DNA from: Mobula hypostoma
Lineage: Eukaryota
Direction of reading: 5' to 3'
DNA: 64,000 bases
Assembly (NCBI RefSeq): GCF_963921235.1
Contig: NC_086108.1
Location: 97,652,001-97,716,000, forward strand
The position numbers and the translations under genes were made by a program. Each line of letters starts with the position of its first letter. The stretch's first letter is position 1. Of this stretch, positions 50,666-61,805 are shown piece after piece. Below the pieces are notes generated by a model. The model had not been told where the DNA came from. It did no database searches and worked only from the letters and a program-made list of their open reading frames with translations.

Positions 50666-51638
50666 TAGTCTTATGTGGAATGAGTTGGCAGAGAACGTGG
50701 TTGAGGTCGGTACAATAGAGTTTTTAAAAACAGTTGGACAGATACATGGATTAGAAATGTTTTGAAAGTTATGAGCCAAATGCTGGCAAATGGGACTAAA
50801 TTCGATGGACATCTTGGTCGGCAAGGGCCAGTAAGACTCTAGGCCTTGTTATCATGTTGTATTACTTCCTTTGAAGGAGGCCTCAGATAAATAGATCCGA
50901 GTGAAATTAGGGTGGAGAGCGAGAGGATCATACAACTGAAAGCTCAGGCCATTCTCGCAGACAGAATGGAGGTGCTTTGCAAACTTATCACTCCATCTGC
51001 TTTTGGCTACTCCAGTTCAGTGAAGATACTTGTTAAATTTGTTAGTTATTAAAAAGCAACACACAATAAACACACATAAGATTGCTTATATGCATAGATT
51101 GATTGTATGTCCATAATGTGATACTAGGCTGTATATAAGGTGACTGACAGGAAATAATAAAGAAGTGTTGGAGATAGTGAATGGAGACGTTGATAAACCT
51201 TACTGCTTGGAGAAAGTAACTGTTTTTGAGTCTGGTGGTCCTGGCATGGATGCTATGTAACATGCTCCCAGATGGGTGTAGCTCTACTTCATTAGGAGAT
51301 TTAATATGTCACCAGCGAGTCTTGCAAAGTTCTACAGGTGTACAGTGGAGAGCATTCTGACTGGTTGAATTACCATCTAGTATGGAGACGCCAAAGTGCA
51401 GGACTGACTGAGGCTGCAAAGGGTTATAACTTCCTCCATCTTGGTAGCTGGTAGTGGGGATAAGCTGCCTCACAAACCTACCGCGATTCTTTGAGGAAGT
51501 TACAACCTCCATCATTGGCACAACCATCGAAGACATTTTCAGGAAGGACCCTCATCATCTGAGACATGCCATCTTCTCATTAATACCATCTGGAAGGAGG
51601 AACTGGAGCATGATGGAAACATACTCAATATTTTAGAA

Positions 51639-52903
51639 CAGGGGTCCCCAACCTTTTTTGCACTGTGGACCAGTTTATTATTGACAATATTCTCGCGGAC
51701 CGACCGACCCGGGGTGGGGGGGCGGGGGGGTGTGTAGGGTTGCCAACAGACAAGAGCAGCAGTCAAATATGTTGTATTTACCCAAAAAGACTATAATGAC
51801 CATGAAGCCTTGCGTGGGCACCAGTGAGCATGCGTGACCTGTGCATGTGTGTACCTGTTGATTTTTTCCCTGCAAGTTGTTTTTGGCAATTCTGTTCGGG
51901 GTCAGGGGGATGTTAATCACGAACGGGATGTTAATCACGAATGGAATATAGGTGATAAGTGGCTAATACACTCAATTTCGTTTCTAAAAGGGTTTATCTA
52001 ACAAATTTAATATTAAACACACAGCGCATATTTTCCTCATGTGAATATAGTGATAAGTCAATTATCAAGGGAGAACAGGGGATCTTGAAGTAAGTGTTGA
52101 ATGAACTTCCAGTAGAACTGGTAGAGGCAGGTTTGATATTATCATTTAAAGAAAAATTGGATAGGTATATGGACAGGAAAGGAATGGAGGGTTATGGGCT
52201 GAGTGCAGGTCGGTGGGACTAGGTGAAAGTAGCGTTCGGCACGGACTAGAAGGGCTGAAATCACCTGTTTCCATGCTGTGATTGTTATATGGTTATATAG
52301 GTAAGTCAATAGCATCCTAACATTTTAAGTAACGTTTGGATATTAAACACACAGCACATATTTTCCCCATATGAACATATAAAATCATTGCCACACACCA
52401 ATATCGCTGAATCAGTGGGAGCCCTGGGCTTGTTTTCCTGCAACAACACGGTCCTATCGAGCGGTGATGGGAGACACCGATACTCGAAGGGGCTTCCTTG
52501 TGTCCAGTCTATTCTGCAATTTAGTTTTCGTTGCATTCATAGCAGAAAACTCTGCTTCGCAGAAAAATGTTGGAAATAGAAACAACGTTTTCAGTGCTTT
52601 TGTGGCTACCTCAGGATATTTAGCCTTGACTTTGATCCGGAATGCCGGCAGAGATATTATGTCAAACTTACTTTTCAGCCTGCCGTCATTTGCAAGCTCG
52701 AAGAGTTGATCTCCTTCCCGCGCTGACATGGATGACACGCGGGTAATGACCTCTCGTGCGTTCAAGCTCAACAGTGGGCGTGACAGGGAATGAGGAAAGG
52801 TGCAGCTGACTCATATCGCCAAATCATATCGCTTCCTTGCGGCCCGGTAGCACATGCTTTGCGGCCCGGTACCGGTCCGTGGCCCGGTGGTTGGGGACCG
52901 CTG
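51639..52903 (-). mobile_element. hAT (Charlie/Buster-like) internally deleted DNA transposon with 8-bp TSD
   Basis: TIRs caggggtccccaacc / ggttggggaccgctg; TSD ttttagaa at 51631-51638 and 52904-52911; minus-strand hAT C-terminal dimerisation-region remnant (YPEVATKALK.L..FPT..CEA.FSAM..TKTK.QNRLD). Confidence 0.92.
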
Positions 52904-53064
52904 TTTTAGAACAGCTTCTTTCATTAGATTTCCAAATGGTCCATGAACATCATCTCACCATTTTGCTCTCTTTTTGCACTGTTTTAAAAATTTATTTGTA
53001 ATTTACTGTAATTTTCAGATTATGTGCTGTATTGCTACCAGACAGCAGCAAAGTTCAGAATATA

Positions 53065-53631
53065 CACCTAGTGGCACTTTATCAGGTACACCTGTACACC
53101 TGCTTGTTAATGCAAATATCTAATCAGCCAATCGTGTGGCTGTAACCCAATGCATAAGAGCATGCAGACATGGTCATGAGGTTCAGTCGTTGCTCAGACC
53201 AAACATAGAGTGGGGAAGAAATGTGATATAAGTGACTTTGACTGTAAAATGATTGCTGGTGTCATTTGGGGTGGTTTGAGTATCTCAGAAACTGCTGATT
53301 TCTTGGGATTTCCACAAACAACAGTCTCTAGAGTATGCAGAAAATGGTGTGGAAAAACTAATAACATCAAGTGAGTGATGGTTCTGTGACCAAAAATGCT
53401 TTGTTAATGACAGAGGTCGGGGAGAATGGCCAAACTGGTTCAAGCTGACAGGAAAGCGAAGGAAACTCAAATAACCATGTGTTACAACAGCGGTGTGCTA
53501 AAGACCATCTCCGAACCCATAACATGCTGAACCTTGAAGTGGATGGGCGACAGCAGCAGAAGACCATGAACACAGACTCAGTGGCCACTTCATAAGGTAC
53601 AAGAGGTGCCGAATAAAGTAGCTACTGAGTG
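53065..53631. mobile_element. Tc1-like non-autonomous element
   Basis: ta|cacctagtggcactttatcaggtacacc at the left end; degenerate inverse ggtgccgaataaagtagctactgagtg at the right; internal TIR copy at about 53575-53601. Confidence 0.7.
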
Positions 53632-53959
53632 AATGTCAGAGATAATAAACCTAACTTGGATTCTGATTCTGATTCTAAAAGTATGGTCAGAGAGGGAGAT
53701 ATAAATGAACATCTAAAACAACTCACCGTACAAAATAAAGCCAATTCTTTTCCCTTCTGACTAAGTAATGCAAGAATAGAAGATCAAATCAATAGAAGAG
53801 CTGGAAGTTCGATGTGTCTAGCAACTGATTAGATATGTTTCATCTCAAAGTGAATGGACATGAGCTGGTAAATGTTCAATCAGGTGGGTGTGAAGGGATT
53901 TTCTGTAAATTTATTGAATGATGATCTTCTGCATGTAAATAACTTAATATTTAGCTTGA

Positions 53960-54938
53960 TCAGAATCAGAATTAGGTTTAACATCACTGACATATGAAAT
54001 TTCTTGCTTAGGAGCGGCAGTACCATGCAATACACAAAGAATGCTTTAAATTACAACGAGAAATGTATATAAAAACTAAAGTAATTAAGTACTGCAAAAA
54101 GAGAACAAAAACTGGTGAGGTAATGTTCGTGAGTTGGTTCATTGTTCGTGCAGAATTCTGATGACAGGGGGGAAGAAGCTGCTCCTAAAATGTTCAGTGT
54201 TTATCTTCAAGGCCTTGTACCTCCTCCCTGATGGTAGTAATAAGAAGAGAGCACAGCCTGGGGTCCTTAATGCTGCCTTTTTGAGGCATTGCCTTTTTAA
54301 GATGTCCTAAGTGCTGGGGAGACCAGGAGCTGGCTGAGTTTATAACTTTCCGCAGCTTATTCCGATCCTGCGCAGCAAACACTCCATAACAGAGCGTGAT
54401 ACAATCAGTTAGAATGCTCTCCATGGTGTATCTGTAGAAATTTGGTAGTCTTCGGTGACATAACAAGTCTCCTCAAACTCCTGATGAAATGTAGCCACTG
54501 CTGTGCCTGCTTTGTAACTGCATCAATATGTTGGGATCAGGATAGATTTTCAGAGAAGTTGACACCAAAGCAACTTGTAACTGCTCATCCTTTCCACCTC
54601 TGATCCCTTGATGAATAGTAGTGTGTGTTCCCTTGACTTCCTTCTCCTGAAGCCAACAATCAATTCCTTCATCTCGCTGATGTTGAGTGCAAGGTTGTTG
54701 TTGTCACACCACTCAACCGGCTGACCTCTCTCACTCCTGTTCACCTCTGCATCACCATTTACGATTCTGCCAACAGCAGTTGTGTCAATGGCAAATTTAT
54801 TAACGGTATTTGAGCTGTGACTAGCCACACAGTCGTGGGTCTAGAGAGAGTACAGCAGTGGGCTAAGCACACATCCTTCAGGTGCACCGGTGACGGTTGT
54901 GATAAGGGAAAGATGTTATTTCCAATTCACACAGACTG
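53960..54938 (-). mobile_element. Old Rex1/Babar-type LINE 3' part
   Basis: [38 protein letters not shown]; (tctgat) tail. Confidence 0.75.
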
Positions 54939-55842
54939 TGTTAGGTTATGTTTGGGTAAGTATTACTGTGTCAATGACCCTCACAGAGTATCTGACCAGA
55001 ACACAGTTCATGTCTTGCACCTGCTTCTCTCTGCAGTACCGTGCATGCTCTATGTCACAGCTTTACGATTCAATATATATTTCATTTCTCTCCGCACCAT
55101 CTCTCAGCTCACAGTTATGGGCCTTGAATGGCACTCAATTAAATAGCTGTTTACTGGGTGAAATGGCTTCCAGTTCCATTACTGAGATTATTTGTTATCC
55201 TTGTATCAGACCACAGACACAGGATGTGTCTGTGTTACTCTTTGTCATGAGTAACACATTCAGACTCCAGTACGGATCACATACTTTTGGATGGTTTGTT
55301 AGCAGATCAATTCAGCTTTAGATTAATTTTTATTTATCACATACAGTGAAATGCGTTGCTTGTATTAACAGCTAACATGTGCTGGGTCTGCCAACAAGTG
55401 TCACCACACATTCTGGTGCCTATATAGCATACCCACAATGCTCAACAAAACAACAACAAGCAATAAAACAACAGTAAAGTAGGCCCGTTCCAGCCTCCCA
55501 GCCACCCACCTTCCCACACACATGCACAGTCCTCCAACCTTGGCCCAGGCCGTCTCCAACCTCCAGTAGATCTGCAGATTCGCAACATTCGGCTTCAACC
55601 TCCTCAGGTTCAGGGCTCCAGCCACTGGGCTGCGACCTCCAGACTTCTGATTGACCTTTGGTTTCAATCCCAGGACTCTCTGACGAAGACGAACGAGGAT
55701 TCTGGTTGAGGACTCTGAACTCTAGGCCGTGAACTCTGGGCTCACAAATGGAGATAATGAGAAAGATGCATCTTACCTGAATGTGAAATGTGAGGTAGCC
55801 TCCACGGGTTACTCCTGCTTATCATGCCAATCGAAAGACAAA

Positions 55843-56183
55843 AGGACTCGATAGAGTGGATGTGGAGAGGATGTTTCCTGTGGTGGGGGAATCTAAGACC
55901 AGGGGACACAACCTCAGAACTGAGGGATGTCCATTTAGAATGGAGATGAGAAGAAATTTATTTAGCCAGAGATGGTGAATCTGTGGAATTTGTTGCCGCA
56001 GACAGCTGTAGAGCTATATTTAAGGCAGAGGTCGATAGATTTGTGATTAGTCAGGGCATATAGGGATATGCAAAGAAGGCAGAAGATTGGGGCTGAGAGG
56101 GAAACGGATCAGCCATGATGAAATGGCGGAGCAGACTTTATGGGCCAAATGGCCTAATTCTGCTACTGTATCTTATAGTCTTA
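55843..56183 (+). mobile_element. CR1 3' end fragment
   Basis: DRVDVERMFPVVGESKTRGHNLR, MVNLWNLLP and tail. Confidence 0.8.
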
Positions 56184-56232
56184 AGCAATGCAAGCAATAG
56201 GTCATTGAGCTGGCATGTTATTTCTGCTTCTC

Positions 56233-58830
56233 TCTCTGCCAGACCTGCTGAGTATTTCCACCATTCCCTCTTCACAGATACTGCCTGACCTGCTGAGTAT
56301 TTCCACTATTCTCTCTCCACAGATCAAGTCAAGTCAAGTAATTTTTTATTGTCATTTCGACCATAAACTGCGGGTACAGTACACAGTAAAAACGAAACAA
56401 CGTTCCTCCAGGACCATGGTGTTACATGAAACAACACAAAACTACACCAGACTAAGTGAGACAACACAAGGCTACACTAGACTATGTAAATCAACACAAA
56501 AACTACACTGGACTACAGACCTACGCAGGTACAATAAATAATAAACAAGACAATAGGCACAGTAGAGGACAAATTACAATATAATAATAAATGATGTAGA
56601 TGTCAATCTAGACTCTGGGTGTTGAGGAGTCTGATGGCTTGGGGGAAGAAGCTGTTGCACAGTCTGGTCATGAGAGCCCGAATGCTTCGGTACCTTTTGC
56701 CAGATGGCAGGAGGGAGAAGAGTTTGTATGAGGGGTGCGTGAGGTCCTTCACAATACTGTTAGCTTTGCGGGTGCAGCGTGTGGTATAAATGTCTCTAAT
56801 GGCAGGAAGAGAGACCCCGATGATCTTCTCAGCTGACCTCACTATCCGCTGCAGGGTCTTGCGATCCGAGATGGTGCAATTCCCGAACCAGGCAGTGATG
56901 CAGCTGCTCAGGATGCTCTCAATACAACCTCTGTAGAATGTGGTAAGGATGGGGGGTGGGAGATGGACTTTTCTGCCTTCGCAGAAAGTAGAGACGCTGC
57001 TGGGCTTCCTTTGCTATGGAGTTGGTGTTGAGGGACCAGGTAAGATTCTCCGCCAGATGAACACCAAGAAATTTGGTGCTCTTAACGATCTCAATGGAGG
57101 AGCCGTCAATGTTGAGTGGAGAGTGGTCGCTCTGTGTCCTCCTGAAGTCAACAACCATCTCTTTTGTTTTGTTCACATTCAGAGACAGGTTGTTGGCTCT
57201 GCACCAGTCCATTAGCCACTGCATCTCCTCTCTGTATGCTGACTCATCGTTCTTGCTGATGAGACTCACCACGGTCGTGTCATCGGCGAACTTGATGATG
57301 TGATTCGAGCTGTGTGTTGCTGCACAGTCGTGGGGCAGCAGAGTGAACAGCAGTGGACTGAGCACACAGCCTTGGGGGGCTCCCGTGCTCAGTGTGATGG
57401 TATTGGAGATGCTGCTCCCGATCCGGACTGACCGAGGTCTCCCAGTCAGGAAGTTTAGGATCCAGTTGCAGAGGGAGGTGTTCAGGCCCAGCAGTTTTAG
57501 CTTTCCAATCAGTTTCTGAGGAATGATTGTGTTGAACGCTGAACTGAAGTCTATGAACAGCATTCGAACGTACGTGTCTTTTTTGTCCAGGTGGGTGAGG
57601 GCCAGGTGGAGGGTGGTGGCGATGGCGTCGTCTGTTGAACGGTTGGGACGATACACGAACTGCAGGGGTCCAGTGAGGGGGGCAGCAGGGTGTTGATGTG
57701 CCTTTTGACGAGACCCTCGAAACACTTCATGATGATGGATGTGAGAGCAACCGTTGAGGTAGTCATTGAGGCAGGACACTGAAGACTTCTTCGGAACGGG
57801 GACGATGGTGGTGGCCTTAAAGCACGTTGGAACGATGGTGCTGCTCAGGGAGATGTTGAAGATGTCAGTGAGAATCTCAGCTAGCTGGTCTGCGCATCCT
57901 CTAAGCATTCTGCCAGGAATAGTTTCTGGTCCAGCAGCCTTCCGTGGGTTGACCCTGCACAGGGTTCTCCTCACATCGGCCACGGTAAGACACAGCACCT
58001 GGTCATTGGGAGGAGGAGTGGTCTTCCTCACCACCACATCATTTTCTGCCTCGAAACAAGCATAGAAGTTGTTCAACACATCTGGGAGGGAGGCATCACC
58101 AGCACAAGCAGGTGATGTTGTCCTGTAGTTGGTGATGTCCTGAATGCCCTTCCACATGCGCCACGTGTCGCCACTGTCCTGGAAGTGGCTGTGGATTCAC
58201 GGGCATGTGCACGCTTTGCCTCTCTGATAGCCCGGGACAGTTTGGCCCTCACTGTTGTTAGGGCTGCCTTGTCGCTTGCTCTGAAGGCGGAGTCACGGGT
58301 CCTCAGCAGCGCACGCACCTCCGCGGTCATCCATGGCTTCTGGTTAGCGCGTGTAGTGATGGTCTTGGCCACAGTGACATCATCGATGCACTTGCTGATG
58401 AAGCTAGTCACTGATGCCGTGTACTCCTCTAAGTTGGTAGCGTCACCATCGGTTGTAGCCTCCCCGAACATGTGCCAGTCAGTGTGCTCAAAGCAGTCTT
58501 GAAGAGCAGAGATGTCTCCTGCTGGCCAGGTTTTCACCTGCTTTAGAAATGGTCTGGAGCATCTGATGAGTGGTCTGTATGCTGGGATTAGCATAACAGA
58601 GATGTGGTCTGAGTAACCAAGGCGGGGCTCCACCCCGAACGCGTCGGGGATACTGCTTGACCTGCGGAGTATTTCCACCATTCTCTGTCCAAAGATACTG
58701 CTTGACCTGCTGAGTATTTCCACCATTCTCTCTCCACAGATACTGCTTGACCTGCTGAGTATTTCCACTATTCTCTCTCCACAGATACTGCCTGACTTGC
58801 TGAGCATTTCCAACATCCTCAGTTTTTATT
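56233..58830 (+). repeat. 45-bp minisatellite (about 6 units: 56233-56324 and 58649-58830) split by a LINE
   Basis: Unit agatactgcYtgacctgctgagtatttccacYattctctctccac; the last unit runs into a PLE-type 3' terminus. Confidence 0.85.
56324..58648 (-). mobile_element. Rex1/Babar-type LINE, same family as 6662-9299
   Basis: ORFs 58073-58650 ([18 protein letters not shown]), 56919-58157 (RT motifs) and 56603-56842; (TCAAG)n tail at 56324-56338. Confidence 0.92.
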
Positions 58831-58899
58831 GCAGATTCCCACGATCAGCAGTAATTTGCTTTTGAATGCTGTACATTTTAATACACATCAGAATTGACC

Positions 58900-59925
58900 A
58901 TTGTATTACAGGAAAGTTTCTGGTATGGTTAGGTCATTGGCTGATTGGTAGGACGCAGTGAGTGGGAATGAAGGGATCCTTTTCTGGTTGGCTGCCAGTG
59001 ACAGGAGGTGTTCCACAGGGGTCGGTTTGGGACCACTTCTTTTTATGCTGTATATCAATGATTTAGATGATGGAATAGATGGCCTTATTGCGAGTTTTGC
59101 AGATCAGACAAAGATTGGTGGAGGGACAGGTATGTTGAGGAACCGGGTAGGCTGTAGAAGCACTTAGACAGATCAGGAGAATGGGCAAGAAAGTGGCAAA
59201 TTAAATACAATGTTGGAAAATGCATAGTCATGCACTTTGGTAGAAGAAATAAATTTGTAGACTATTTTCTAAACAGGGCAAAAATCCTAAAATCTGAGAT
59301 GCAAAGGAACTTGGGAGTCCTTGTGCAGAACAACCTACAGGTTAACTTGCACGTAGAGTATGTGGTGAGGAAGGCAATTGCAATGTTAGCATTCATTTCA
59401 AAATGTCTAGAATACAAGAGCAGGAATGTGATGCTGAAACTTTTTAAGGATGATTCTGGGAATAAAGGGTTATCATACGAGGAACATTTGATAGCTCTGG
59501 GTTTGTACTTGTTAGAGTTTAGAAGGATGAGGGTGGATCTCATTGAAATATTTCAAGTGTTGAAAGGCCGAGATGTGGTAGATGTGGAAAGGATGTTTCC
59601 CATGGTGGGGGAGTCCAGAACCACAGGGCACAGCCTCAGGATAGAGGGGCATCCATTTAAAACAGAGATGTGGAGAAACTTCTTTAGCCAAAGGGTGGTG
59701 AACTTGTGGAATTTATACCACAGGTATCTGCGGAGGCCGGGTTGTTGGATGTATTTAAGGCAGAGCTTGATAGGCTCTTGATTGGACATGGCATCAAAGG
59801 TTATGGGCAGAAGGTCGGGGAATGGGAAAGGAAAAGGATCAGAGGATCAGCCATGATTGAATGGTGGGGTAGACTCAATGGGCCCAATGGCCTAATTCTG
59901 CTCCTATGTCCTATGGTGTTATGGT
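58900..59925 (+). mobile_element. CR1 ORF2 3' part, degenerate
   Basis: GVPQG..LGPLLF.LYINDLDDG, ORF 59230-59781 and tail. Confidence 0.85.
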
Positions 59926-59937
59926 CCAATTGGTTCT

Positions 59938-60581
59938 CTTTCAATATTTTTATTAGTTTCTGCATAGAAGAATACAGAGTACAAGAAGATATATATTATA
60001 AGTCAAAAGAAAAAATAAAATAGTACCAAACACATTGTATTAAAAATACAATTACAAACACAAAACCCTGTATTCATAAAAACTTAATTAAATCATAATA
60101 TTGAAATATAATAATTTTGTTATACAGAAAAAGAAAATCTAAACCCACTACCAAAGTCAGAGCTGTTAGGAAAAGCAAGAAAAAGGGGATAAATCCCTTA
60201 TCATATAATAAAATATATTATTAGCCACCATCTGTACTTTTACAACAAATCAAAGGTTTTGAAAATAACCCAAAAATGGTTCCCACAATGTATAGAAGTC
60301 TTGGCTAGATTCAAAAACTGAACAATGGATCTTCTCTAAACTTAAGCATGAGATAACATCAGGTAACCATTGAGCGTGAATATACAGAACAGCATCCTTC
60401 CATTTAAGCAAGAGCGCCCTCCTAGCTATAAGAGAGATAAAAGCCGAAATATTCAAATCAGATGTCTCCAAAATAAAGCCTTTTCCTCCAACAATACCAA
60501 ATAATGCAGTCAAAGGTTTAGGCTTAAAATTTACCTTGAGAAGTACAGAGAAAGTTTGGAATACAAAAAGTTTGGAAAACT
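59938..60581 (-). mobile_element. L1-clade LINE 3' fragment with 11-bp TSD
   Basis: ORF 60250-60513 (ALFG...ARRALLLKWK...QWL.D..SCLSLEKI...W.PFL); TSD caattggttct at 59927-59937 and 60582-60592. Confidence 0.8.
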
Positions 60582-60639
60582 CAATTGGTTCTAATATAAT
60601 TCTGCTGCTTAAATTGTAGCGTGTAAATGATAAAGCTTG

Positions 60640-60858
60640 GGGTGGCAGAGGAGCAAAGCAGTTAGCGTAACACTGTTACAGCACCAGTAACCCGGGTTCA
60701 ATCCCGCCACTGTCTGTAAGGAGTTTGTATGTTCTCCCTGTGGGATTTCTCCAGCTGCCTCAGCATTCTCCCACATTCCAAAGACTTATGGTTTGGTAGG
60801 TTAGCTGACTGTAATCGGGAGGCATGGACCCATTGCACCAGAAGGGCCCGTTATCACG
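60640..60858 (+). mobile_element. tRNA-derived V-SINE/HE1-like SINE
   Basis: B box GGTTCAATCCC, then tgtaaggagtttgtatgttctccc...tcccacattccaaagac. Confidence 0.7.
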
Positions 60859-61371
60859 GAAACACACACAGAATGCTGGAGGAACTCAGTGGGTCAGGCA
60901 GCATCTATGGAAAGGAATAAAGAGCTGATATCTTCAGCACTGTTTCTCTAAATAAGAAAATAAATAAAAATAAAGCTTCCGTAGATCAGTTGGAGAAGGT
61001 TGAATTGCCACCCCCTGCTTAGCTGTACCTTGACATAGGTACAGATGAAGTCTGTCCATTCCCTGAGCCTGTTCTGCCATTTAGTTTGACTGGAATTGAT
61101 CACTGTCTTAACTCCAGCTACTCACTGTGGCCCCAAAACCCCTTTACACACTTCATTTGACATAATTTTTTCTTGCTCTGTGAGTTTCAGATTTTATCCT
61201 TTTGTTAACTGAAACATGCCCTGACAATTTAGCATTGTTAAGTAATTGTTATGTTGGAGTCATAGTATAATCTAGCATGGAAACAGGCTCTTTGGCTTAG
61301 TGTGTCCATGTCAGCCATCATAACCTATCTATACCAGTTCTGTTTTCCATTACTCACTCTGTAGCCTTCCA

Positions 61372-61805
61372 AATGAGACTCCAGGAGGGTATGTTGCCTC
61401 CCTGATGCAAGGGTCAAGGATGTCTCTAAGCGGCTGCAGGACATTCTGGAATGGGAGGGTGAACAGCCAGTGGTCATGGTGCACATAGGTAAAAAACAGG
61501 ATGAGGTCCTACAAGGTGAATTTGGGGAGTTAGGAGATAAACTAAAAAGTAGGACCACAAAGGTAATAATCTCTGGATTACTACCAGTGCCACGTACTAG
61601 TCAGAGTAGAAATAGGAGAATATATCAGATGAATACATGGCTTGAAAGATGGTGCAAGGGGGAGGGATTCAAATTTCTGGGGCATTGGAACCAGTTCTGG
61701 AGGGGGTGGGACTGGTACAAACAGGACGGTCTGCACCTGAGCTGGACTGGAACCAATGTCCTAGGGGGAGCGTTTGCTACTGTTGTTCAGGAGTATTTAA
61801 ACTAA
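61372..61805 (+). pseudogene. CR1 ORF1 remnant (SGNH/esterase-like)
   Basis: RVCCLPDARVKDV, VMVHIG, VIISGLLPVP, NTWLERWC, DGLHL..GTNVL. Confidence 0.8.

Noticed and set aside
53731..53760. Possible 30-nt minus-strand exon before a GTGAGT donor
   Set aside because: Weak acceptor, no recognisable peptide and no supporting exons.
56233..58830. CRISPR-like array
   Set aside because: Units are contiguous tandem repeats with no unique spacers; the context is eukaryotic and there are no cas genes.
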